A DNA stretch of 63,307 bases, the filler included, from Chiloscyllium plagiosum (Eukaryota), in the NCBI RefSeq assembly GCF_004010195.1. It is 5 parts of one record of this genome, joined end to end, with 100 filler letters (N's around TTAATTAATTAA, not from the genome) between each part and the next. Parts side by side here need not be neighbours in the genome. Positions count along the whole stretch, not along the records: positions 47,716 to 53,204 come from NC_057717.1; positions 53,305 to 63,307 come from NC_057717.1; 3 more parts are not named here. One strand, given 5' to 3'. The stretch's first letter is position 1. Each line of letters opens with the position of its first letter. Under the pieces are notes generated by a model. That model worked only from the letters and a program-made list of their open reading frames with translations, made no database searches and was not told where the DNA came from. This document shows, piece by piece, positions 49,779-60,703 of this stretch. Position numbers and translations under genes: made by a program.

Positions 49779-52249
49779 TTGAGATGGGACGAAATCTGCA
49801 TAAAATATAATTGCGATGCTAATTAAATGTCATTCAAGATACAATAATTTACAGAGCCGAAATTTCAAGTGTTCAAAATTGAAAAATCGTGAATCCCAAT
49901 ACAGGTCAATTATCTTACAACGAGATGATTCGTTTTCGTTTTCAGTTGACGTTAGGTTAAATGTAACAATAGGTTACGACAACAGTGATTGCATTCTAGC
50001 AATCAATGCTTCACTTGTATCATCTGTATCCAAACAATGACTGCTGGAACATCAATGCTATACATCCAGTTCCTTTATCCAATTCGAAACGGTGCACGAA
50101 TCTTCGTCTTTAATGTGAAAAGCCACGTTCAGCCCTTTCTTTAGAAATCCTGTGTATTGCGTCTTCTCGTCGTTATATTTCACTCTCCGTCTGTGTCTCC
50201 ATGACCCTATGTGTCGATTATTGATCACCCCGAACCCGAGACGAAGGGAAAAAAACTGAAATCAAGATTTGCAAAGGTGGAAATTACGTAAAATGCCCGT
50301 GAAATGTAATCAATGAACATTAGCCCTTTGGAAGCATAGAGTGAAGAATGTTAATTGAGAGATGAGAGAGGAGGAGATAAGAATATTGAACTGAAGGCAG
50401 AGTAACAATGTACAGATATACAGAAAGAAGAAACAATTCCGACCAGCCCAAAAGTGAATTCTACCAGATGGGGATCTTTTGTTTCAATCAGCACAATACC
50501 CTGACCTGAGCTGTGTGCGTGTGTAATTTGTTTGACGTTGTAAATATTGCAGTTAGGTAATCCGTATCAATGGGTTAACGTGATGATCACCTCAGAGGCA
50601 GAGATTGACAATAAAGTGGCGAAAATTATCGCGATGAAGAATGCACGAGTTTCACCATGCAAAGACGTCATCCCAGATTCACCACACCCAGGTCCACCAC
50701 AGGAGCTGCACCACCACTCTCCCCAAAAACCAAAGTGCACAATCACTGATTGGAGACATGGCCCAGCAATTATAAACCTCTCGTACGTTTGTATCACATG
50801 GACCCAAATATTGATTGAGCAAAATGGGGTCCTGTCCTTTGAGGGTTCGAATGTCTTTCTTAATGTTGAGGACGTTGATTTGGCTGTACATTTGCCAGCA
50901 CTTTTCGGAGGCAGCTGAATCGAGAGGAGAGCTGAATGTCATTATTTTTCGTTTGTTTTGATGTTTTAATTTCCCCGTCAACTCTTGTGTTCTATTTCTC
51001 TCACATTTCTGGTCACCCTCTCCACCTCTGTATGTTTCTCAATAAGGATTCTCCGTGAGTCACTGGTTTTATGAAATCCTGCCGTTGCCTCTCTTCCTTC
51101 TACACTCCTTGTTTCTGTCTCTCATTTCAGGTCACACTTTCTGTTTCACAATCTTTATTACTGCCCTCCCTATCCCCGTCTCCTTTTGACTATATCGCTG
51201 ACTCTGCTTTCTCGACTGTTCTGGATATAAACGAATGTTTTTCCCTGTGCACTGCAGCTTCAGCGGATCATCAATGAGCGAGCCGCTCGCGATGTGGAAT
51301 GGGTCCATGATGAGTGATACTGTTTGGCTGTGGTCACTTCAGAACCTGAAGCAAACTGAATGTGGTCATGAGCCCCCAAAACCCGGGAATCACCTTCACG
51401 GTAATCACAGGAATCATTGGGTTGGCCTTCTCACTACCGACATAATCAGAGCAAACAATTAGTAATGGGTTCTGCTGTTGAATAGAAACGTTCTTACATT
51501 TTACTACTGTCATGTATATTGTATGGTACAATTTTTGGCATCATGCGCCACATTTTACCAAACCAGTGAATAAACCAGGAACTCTATGATTCTCTTCTAT
51601 GCTTCTGAATGAGCTGCACAACTTATTTTGTGTGAAGAATTTGAGACTGCTTTTACTTTTGCAGATGTGCTTTGATTAGCTCCTCACAGGTATTTAAATA
51701 ATCCACTTACCCTTCAAACCCGAGCTGCAAGTTGCCAACTCTTTTGATTTGACTGTCCAATTCCAATTAGCTTAGCTTTCGTACAGTACAGCTTTCGGGG
51801 CAATCAGTCCACAACGACACAACGAAGAGTTTCCAACCCAGACCAATTCCCCTATGAGAAATTCAGCTTGCACTGTTTAGCATAGCAAATTCACCTGACC
51901 TGCACAGCTTTGGACTGTGGGACGAAACCCACGCCGATATGTGAAGAATGCGCAAAGTCCACACAGACATTCATCCGATGCTGGAATCGAATTTGGTACC
52001 CTGCTCACCACAGTCCCAACGTTAGGATAACATTTAAAGCAAAATGGTTTGTGAAAATAAGGGATTTGTTCTTTCCAACATTTGATTTCATAGTCATGGC
52101 GAGAACGGTATACAGGAAGATTTTCTTTTCAATGAACATATTTTCCTCTTTGCTCATCCCCTATGGAAAAGAACATTTCAATTTAACAGGGGCCTTTTCT
52201 CAATATTTCCATCTTTTCTCATCCATTCTCAGACACGTGCATACGTTCG

Positions 52250-52500
52250 TAAGACATAGGAGCAGAATTAGGCCATTCGGCGCTTCCAGTCTGCTTCGCC
52301 ATTCGATCAAGGCTGAAATGCTCACCACTCTTATTTTTCTGCCTTCTCTTCATATTACCTCAACCCATTACCATGTCACAACCGGTCTAACTCGTCCTTA
52401 AATTTACTCACTGTCCCAGGTTTTACCGAATTTTGGTGCAGCAAATTCCTCAGATCCATGATGCTTTAAGAGAAGGAGACCCTCTGCAATAAATCTACAA
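52250..52500 (-). mobile_element. CR1 3' tail
   Basis: TAAGACATAGGAGCAGAATTAGGCCATTCGG. Confidence 0.75.
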
Positions 52501-53029
52501 TTGCTCAGATGCTTTATGTTGCATTAGAANNNNNNNNNNNNNNNNNNNNNNNNNNNNNNNNNNNNNNNNNNNNNNNNNNNNNNNNNNNNNNNNNNNNNNN
52601 NNNNNNNNNNNNNNNNNNNNNNNNNNNNNNNNNNNNNNNNNNNNNNNNNNNNNNNNNNNNNNNNNNNNNNNNNNNNNNNNNNNNNNNNNNNNNNNNNNNN
52701 NNNNNNNNNNNNNNNNNNNNNNNNNNNNNNNNNNNNNNNNNNNNNNNNNNNNNNNNNNNNNNNNNNNNNNNNNNNNNNNNNNNNNNNNNNNNNNNNNNNN
52801 NNNNNNNNNNNNNNNNNNNNNNNNNNNNNNNNNNNNNNNNNNNNNNNNNNNNNNNNNNNNNNNNNNNNNNNNNNNNNNNNNNNNNNNNNNNNNNNNNNNN
52901 NNNNNNNNNNNNNNNNNNNNNNNNNNNNNNNNNNNNNNNNNNNNNNNNNNNNNNNNNNNNNNNNNNNNNNNNNNNNNNNNNNNNNNNNNNNNNNNNNNNN
53001 NNNNNNNNNNNNNNNNNNNNNNNNNNNNN

Positions 53030-53108
53030 TTTGACACCATGGAAAAAGTGATACATTTAGAAAGGCCACATCTTCCTCTTGTGAGAATCATTGTTGTCAC
53101 CAAGTTCG
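53030..53108 (-). CDS. GPR139/GPR142-like class A GPCR, start of exon 2 (truncated by an N gap)
   Basis: AG, then CG+NLVTTMILTRGRCGLSKCITFSMVS: the TM1 Asn and ICL1 pattern of the chondrichthyan GPR139-like family. The phase-1 start fits the exon at 55657-55837. Confidence 0.72.
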
Positions 53109-53204
53109 CTCTTAGACAACCAGACGAGAAAATTCATATTCCAGTTTCTGACTAAAAAAAACACAGAAATACCTGCTGCTAGCAGGTAAACACGTACAGT
53201 ATAA

Positions 53205-53304
53205 NNNNNNNNNNNNNNNNNNNNNNNNNNNNNNNNNNNNNNNNNNNNTTAATTAATTAANNNNNNNNNNNNNNNNNNNNNNNNNNNNNNNNNNNNNNNN
53301 NNNN
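53205..53304. other. Artificial scaffold spacer
   Basis: 44N-TTAATTAATTAA-44N. Confidence 0.98.
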
Positions 53305-53849
53305 TTTAATGCGGCCAATCAGTTTAAATTATTCACCAAAAATTAACAAACTTCAATCAATTTTGAATGTAGTATATTGACAATACGAAACGTCAATGAC
53401 CCAATGCGACGCTTTGGAATATAAAAGCGGGAAGATTGGTCATTTGGAGAGAGAACTGCCAAGCCACCAACACATTCACTGTTGAAGCACAGATTTCTTA
53501 CATTTACCTTCATCTATCAATGCCTCTGAAAGAGAAATCTTAAAAAGAAGAATCTCTGCAGAGGGCGATGCCGAGGGAAAATTCGAAAGCTGTGTGTTTT
53601 TGAAAATTTTAGTTTTCTTAATTCTCAATCGGGAATTTTCTCGGACCATTATTATAGATGGGCAAGTACAGACAGGAGTTGTAAATAGTTGTTGGTTAAT
53701 AATACTCTGAAATTGTTTAAACAATAAAGTTATTACTACTAACTCTATCTACTTTTCCTGCTCTTGAAGTTTCACAGATTTCTGCATGGGACATATCCTT
53801 TCGGTATTGCTGGGTCAAATTAAGCAGTGGGTTTACCCGTGTGGTAACA
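53305..53849 (+). mobile_element. Gypsy-type LTR, 3' part
   Basis: TATAAAA at about 53420, AATAAA at about 53723, and end ...GTGTGGTAACA, which resembles the end of the LTR at 59953. Confidence 0.6.
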
Positions 53850-55656
53850 GCTGTTCTAGCTGAGAGAAACTAGGAAGCCTGGTCGGTGAGAGCCGGCCGT
53901 TGTGACCAATATTTTTTTAAAAAAGAAACCTAAAAGCCTCCTAATTTCTTCGCTTCAGCCGTTTGCATGATGCAGTTCGGCCTTTAAGATCTCTCTCTGA
54001 AAATAAATCCTGAAGAATATAACATTTTTTTTAGAGTGAGAGCGTTGTCAAAGAATGTAGCTGCCTGTTTTTTACAGTAATACTCACGGGGCGTCCTCGC
54101 GTTATTGAATGCGCGATCAGATGAGAAGGACAAAGACAAGTGTTCAGTGGATAGGCGGAGACCACGTTTCAAAGATGTGTCTCAAACCTGTCCAAAATGG
54201 AGGACCTCAGGGGACACACAGGGAAGTGCATAACAGCACACCACACACAATTTAATTATTTCTGAGCTTCAATATGCCAGCGATCGACACACTAGGGAGT
54301 CAAAATCCAGGGTCAGGGTTACGTTAGAGAGAGACAGAAAGATTCATATTAAAGACAGAAATAGATTATTAATTAACAATAAACACATCGTGAAAATATG
54401 GGGAAAAGGGGAGTGGGACTATCTGCAAGAGAGACATCTTTGAAGATGCAATTTACAAGAAAAATAACATTGAATAGTTGAAAGATCAACTGAAATGTTT
54501 TGTGACATCAAATTCTGAACTTTCGTCACAGAGTAAGCCCAGTCACCTTAAACTGGAACAGGGTAACAGCTCAATTTGGAAAGGCGCACAGACTATGCCA
54601 GTGTGTCGCTCAGTAAACTGGAGCATCTGCCCAGCATAGGAGAATTGCAAATCTTTACTAGCATATTAGGACCAATCTCGCATGAGATTATAATCTGAAC
54701 GGGAAGGTTTGCAGCCTTTGTTGTGAGTGACAGTAAATGGCGCTCCCATAAATTTCTTTCTCTATTTCTCCATTGTACCAGTACAATGGAAATTGTGTGT
54801 GTGCAAGAAAACGATTGAGTGCATTTGCGTGTGATTGCGTGTGGGAAAAAACATTACTTGAGATTGAATACACGTGAATGAAATAGGTTTATATACGAAC
54901 AACATATTGAGGTCAATGTGATTGACAGTGAGGCACTGAGGGAAGTGTCGGAAGATGAGATCAAATTATCCAAAATATTAAAATAAAAGCATTACCAGAC
55001 CCAACATCAATATGGACCATTTGGCACGGGAGTGACAATTGGATGGGACTTTGGTGTGAGTCTGAGTCAGATATGATTCTGCAGGTTCCAAGCTGGGAGG
55101 ATTAGAAGCAGATTATTGTCATCTTTACAAAAGATTCCATAGCTCCAAGTTCAAACAGTAGATGTGAAAATCCTGGTGGATGTATTCAGCAGGAGTGAAA
55201 AGATAGAAGTTATACTGCTCACGACATGCTATCAGGGATCGGCTCATGGTCAAAGGGATCAGCACATTTTTGACTGGTCTCATTCAGCCTCAGATATTGG
55301 TCAACGAAGGGATGGGATAACCGGAAGGAAATGGATGTTTTTAAAAAGAACAGAAGAGAATGACCTTCATTGTGCCAATATTTCATTAACAACGGCAATG
55401 ATACAACGAATCATTGTTCTCATCTGAAACGGAGCCGGTTAACATAGACTCCCATGAGCAATACTGCCAGAAGCAAGGACGGAAATAATAATGGAACAAG
55501 TTCACTGGTGCAGTTGGTTGTGACCTTCAGAGTGAATACGAGAATTTAGAGTCTTAACAGGACCGATAGTAGTGGCAAGAAGTGTAGACCATATGAAAGA
55601 AGAGCAATGCAATCATAACTGGTTTATAAAAATAATAGATGAGCAGTGAGACTTAC

Positions 55657-55837
55657 CAGGGACAGCGATGATAGCTAGGATAGGATAATATAAGTGTTGA
55701 ATAATACGAATAGAATAATAGATCTGCCATGATAATGAAAGCCGATCATAATTTGTAGAAAGATACCAAACATAAGCAAATAAACTTCTGTCTCTTGGTG
55801 GAACATTCCAGTCCATTGTTCTCAGATTTTGATCCAT
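55657..55837 (-). CDS. GPR139/GPR142-like class A GPCR, first coding exon (181 nt)
   Basis: ATG in CCAACAATGG context, then MDQNL...IRIIQHLYYPILAIIAVP+G, then GTAAGT. YYPILA..VP is the TM1 start of this family. Confidence 0.75.
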
Positions 55838-57012
55838 TGTTGGCGCACTCCAGTGTAATGTTCTCAGATTGTGAAACTTCCACCCACTCTCGCTGCTGAT
55901 CCCTGTTCGTGCTGTCGGTGATGATCCCGCTCACACTGTGCGGTAGCATATTTAACAGAGCCCCTTTATCAATGGAAGATGGAAATACTTTACTGCAAAA
56001 ATTAGAGTCCATGGAGATTGACATTAAACGCAGTCAGTGAACAAACATGGTCAGGTAACCCCTTCGTTACCACTTCTTTACATATCGCAATAAAAGGGAT
56101 CATTTACCTTTTTCGGGATTGAATGGATGAGGATAAATAAAGGATGTACCATAAATTTTCCAGTCTTTTTAATCTTTCGTTCTTATATGTGAGAGGTTGC
56201 CAGAGGACTGCAGGGTTATTTTTATGTCACGCTGTTTATAAAAGGAGACAGGGATAAAGTAACAGTACTGCTGCATAATTCTTTGCCCTGGGAAACTCCT
56301 CGTCACATTAACCAAGGTAAGATACTTACTGTCAATTCACTTTGTGTTAGGTTAATCCTGTTTTTAAATGCGCTGTTATCGGATCATTTCATAACTTTAA
56401 TTCAGAGCGCTGGTACGGCTCCTGAAGAAGAGGGGCAAACAATTCTGAACCCATACGCCTATTACAATGAAATGGGAGGAGTCCATTCATCCGAGACTAA
56501 CCCAATAACACTTGAAGATATGGAAAGCTGGAATGTTGGAACATTTTCCAAATAGAATGATTCAAAGCATAGAGAAGCATTTCTGCAGCTGTATGAGATA
56601 TTACTGAGAGGACACCTGGAGTACTTAGTGTCGCCTGTGTTTGGTCAACTGAGAAGGTGGGTTCTCAAGCAGATATAGTTTATCGGCTGCCCATCATACA
56701 GGGTTTACTGTGTTGTTTAATGACTCGGGAATGTAACAGAGGAACAGGAGGATAATAATACAGCCGCTTGGGAATGTGAGAGGAACAAGAGGAAGCCATT
56801 TCGTCTCTCCAGTCTGTTACAGACAGACAGAGGGAGGCCATTCAGCCTCTCACATCTGGTACAGAGGGTCAAGGGAGATTCGTTCAACAGTTCAAAGTTT
56901 CTTACGCACAGCTTATAGTTTTAAAATAGTTAAGGAAAAAGATACACTTGGTAAACAAAAGTTACATTTCTCGCGAATTTTGAGATGGCTTGTTCCTCAG
57001 GCGGAGTGTTTA

Positions 57013-57073
57013 GATGTAGGTTTGCTCGCTGAGCTGGAAATGAACCTTCCAGCTCAGTGCGCGAATCCACATC
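57013..57073. repeat. Inverted repeat (27-bp arms), probably a Penelope-terminus derivative
   Basis: GATGTAGGTTTGCTCGCTGAGCTGGAA-atgaacc-TTCCAGCTCAGTGCGCGAATCCACATC. Confidence 0.7.
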
Positions 57074-57234
57074 AAGATACAGAGCTAACTTAAAGTCAGG
57101 CCAATTTTGAAAGTGCTCGGTAAGGCCTTTGAAACGCTAATTCAGAGACGTCATTCACATTTAAAGTGATGGTTGAATCTGAAAGGCCTTCAAAAATTGG
57201 CCGACAAGAGACCAGAGACAATATATTCCTACCA

Positions 57235-57922
57235 GTGCAGGGAGTGTGGTGCTGCAAAAGCACAACAAATCAGGCAGCATCCGAAGAGCAGGAGAATTGA
57301 GGTTTCGAGCATAAGTCCTTCATCAGGAATGAGGCTTTTGGGCCTGGGAGCTGTGAGATAAATTTGAGGGGTGTGGGAATGGGGGTAAGGTAGCAGAGAA
57401 AGCGATTGGTAGATGGAGGTGATGGAGAAGATGATAGGTCAAAGAGAAATGTGATACAGAGAGACGAGAAAGGTGATGGACATTTCAAGAGAGAGATGCC
57501 GAGTTCGAGGTTTTGGACTGGGATAAGGTGGAGCGAGGGAAAATTAGGAAATTGGTGAGATTCACTTTGACCCCGTGTAGTTGCACGTTTCAAAGGTGGA
57601 ATATGAGAAGTTCTTCCTGTAGGCTTTGGGTGTTAATGTTTTGGCGATGGAGGATCTGCATGTCTTTGGTGGAGTGGGTGAGGGTTGGTGTTGAAAGTTC
57701 CAGCCACAGGGGAGTGGGGTTGGTTGGTGCGGGTGGCCCAGAGATGTGTTCTGAAAAGATCCAAAATTGCCATCCTGTCTTCCCGATGTCGAGGAGACCA
57801 GATCGAATGAAACGGATCCAGCAGACAGCTTTGGAGTTGGAATAGGTAAATTTCAGTCATCTATGTCCACCACCACAGTCTCGACTCTGCTCTTCGGCAT
57901 CTGCAGTCCTCTGTTTCTCCCT
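57235..57922 (-). mobile_element. Penelope 3' fragment with terminal repeat and short inverted end
   Basis: RFRTHLWATRTNQPHSPVAGTFN-like GIY-YIG tail, with a hammerhead-like motif at 57295-57330. Confidence 0.8.
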
Positions 57923-57924
57923 GT

Positions 57925-59830
57925 TCCTAATGGTGAGCGGGACAATGCTGGTAGGTGCAGACCGTGATCAATGTCTTGCAATATTGAAGTTATGTTCAAG
58001 GAATAGAAGGAGGCATATGTCAGGTAAACAGAGCTGGGATGGAGGGAATACCCAGAATAAGAGCAGTAGGAGTATAGACAAGGCGCAAATTGCAGCGTAA
58101 AATAGTGCCTATTCGATGCGTTTGGACGTCAAGTTAAGAAGACATTGATGAAATTCTACAAATACATTAAAAGCAAAATATTAACTGGGAGCGAATTAGG
58201 GCCTCTTAATTTAAACAAAGCTGTCTCTGTGTGAAAATGCAGGAGATGACTGGGATACTAAATGAGTATTTTCCCTCAGTATTCACTGTGGAACAGGCNN
58301 NNNNNNNNNNNNNNNNNNNNNNNNNNNNNNNNNNNNNNNNNNNNNNNNNNNNNNNNNNNNNNNNNNNNNNNNNNNNNNNNNNNNNNNNNNNNNNNNNNNN
58401 NNNNNNNNNNNNNNNNNNNNNNNNNNNNNNNNNNNNNNNNNNNNNNNNNNNNNNNNNNNNNNNNNNNNNNNNNNNNNNNNNNNNNNNNNNNNNNNNNNNN
58501 NNNNNNNNNNNNNNNNNNNNNNNNNNNNNNNNNNNNNNNNNNNNNNNNNNNNNNNNNNNNNNNNNNNNNNNNNNNNNNNNNNNNNNNNNNNNNNNNNNNN
58601 NNNNNNNNNNNNNNNNNNNNNNNNNNNNNNNNNNNNNNNNNNNNNNNNNNNNNNNNNNNNNNNNNNNNNNNNNNNNNNNNNNNNNNNNNNNNNNNNNNNN
58701 NNNNNNNNNNNNNNNNNNNNNNNNNNNNNNNNNNNNNNNNNNNNNNNNNNNNNNNNNNNNNNNNNNNNNNNNNNNNNNNNNNNNNNNNNNNNNNNNNNNN
58801 NNNNNNNNNNNNNNNNNNNNNNNNNNNNNNNNNNNNNNNNNNNNNNNNNNNNNNNNNNNNNNNNNNNNNNNNNNNNNNNNNNNNNNNNNNNNNNNNNNNN
58901 NNNNNNNNNNNNNNNNNNNNNNNNNNNNNNNNNNNNNNNNNNNNNNNNNNNNNNNNNNNNNNNNNNNNNNNNNNNNNNNNNNNNNNNNNNNNNNNNNNNN
59001 NNNNNNNNNNNNNNNNNNNNNNNNNNNNNNNNNNNNNNNNNNNNNNNNNNNNNNNNNNNNNNNNNNNNTTGTGTTTTGGAAAGGCAAATCAGGGCAGGAC
59101 GTAAAGGTAGAGTTCCGAGATGAGTTCCAAAACAAAGAGAAATTAATAGAAATTATACAATTCGAACAGTGCGGGAATAGACCATTCGGCCCATCGAGTC
59201 CCCCAAGTCTCCAAAGAGCATCACACCAAGCACACCCCCAGCCTATCCCTGAGACTCTGGATCTACTCTGTATATCACTGGGCACTATGGACAATTTAGA
59301 ATGGCCAATTCACGTAAATTTCACATCTTTGGACTGTGGGAATAACCAGCAGAAACATAGGTAGAGACAGAGAGAATGTGCGACCTCCACACAGGCAATC
59401 TGACAAGAGTGCAATGAACCCTCATCCCTGGCGCTGTGAGACAGCAATGCTAACCACTGAGATGCCATATCGCCTTGCGGTGCAGTTTCATAGTTCCTTC
59501 AAAGTGCTGTCACAGGTCGACAAGATGGTAAGGAGGGAAGTTTTTACACATGCCTTTATTGCCAAGATTTTTCATTAAAAAAAAGTTTGGACGACATGTT
59601 GCAGCTGCACAGGACATTGGTTCAGCCACTTTTGTAATACTGCCTTAAATTCTTTTCTTCCTGCTGTAGGAAAGATGTTGCTAAAGGTGAAAGAGTGCAG
59701 AAAAGATGAGAAAGTATGTTGCTGGTGTTGTGGGTTGGGGAGATGACAATGAGCTACAGAGAGAGTTGAAATAGACTGGAGCTACATTACCTTGAGCGCT
59801 AAGGCTGAGGATTGACGTGACAGCGGTTTA
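57925..59830 (+). mobile_element. CR1 LINE (gapped), with an HE1-type SINE inserted on the minus strand at about 59150-59475
   Basis: KFYKYIKSK, EMTGILNEYFPSVFT and RKDVAKGERVQK; the SINE appears as reverse complement. Confidence 0.8.
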
Positions 59831-59952
59831 CAGCAGTGGATCATTTGCTCCAGGGTGAGCAACACCAAAGGCTAGGGAAGCATACAGGACAGTAATTCAC
59901 GTTAAAACTGGACAACTACTTCATTAACAACACGTTATCGAACTGTGGAGAT

Positions 59953-60703
59953 TGTTATGACAGAGTGTGAACACCTCTCCTAATTTAAACCAGTCACACA
60001 GTCAAGATTCACTCCATTCTGTAATCTCTTGAAATTGGAGGGACAAAGGACTATCCCAAATGTAACTATTTACGTAAAACTTAACAAGTATATTATTTAA
60101 AGTCTAATGGAAAATGATTGACTAGAAATTCTTCACAACTCCTTTCTCTGAACCTTTCTGTTACCTTCCCCCCTCAAATACTGGTCTAATGAAAATCCCG
60201 ATTACGAGTTAACAAATATATAATTTCGTATCAAAACCAGTCAGGTTGCCAGGTGTTCTTTGTTAGTTTTAACCAGTCTTCTTTTCTTCTTCTTAGGGAT
60301 TCTGCTTCACAGGTCGGTGATACACAAAGATTCCTTTCAGAGAGTGGGTATTTCAGCAAGCCATCTCTTTATATTTGTTGGTGCTTGGCAGTTATTTTAG
60401 CTGCTGTTTGCCACTTTGAATATTTGTTTAAAATGTCTATTTCTTGTACCTCAAAACATCGGATCGTTTCGTTGCTTTTAATATTGTCAAAAATCGAAAT
60501 TCAAATTTGATTGGTGTTTAGTGCATAGTTTAAGCTGATTGGCCGAATTTGTTTTTGTTTTTGTGTCATAGCAACTCAGACACTGCCAGCCGTTGTTACG
60601 AAGCGTTACATTGTTACCGTGCTCCAGATTCTCTGTGACTATCCAAGTCCTTGCCAGCTTTTCAACTCTCGTACATGTACAGTACCCCTTACACTTTCTT
60701 ACA
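59953..60703 (-). mobile_element. 3' LTR of the Gypsy element
   Basis: On the minus strand it runs TGTAAG...CATAACA and is preceded by the purine tract AAAATGGGAAG. Confidence 0.75.
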
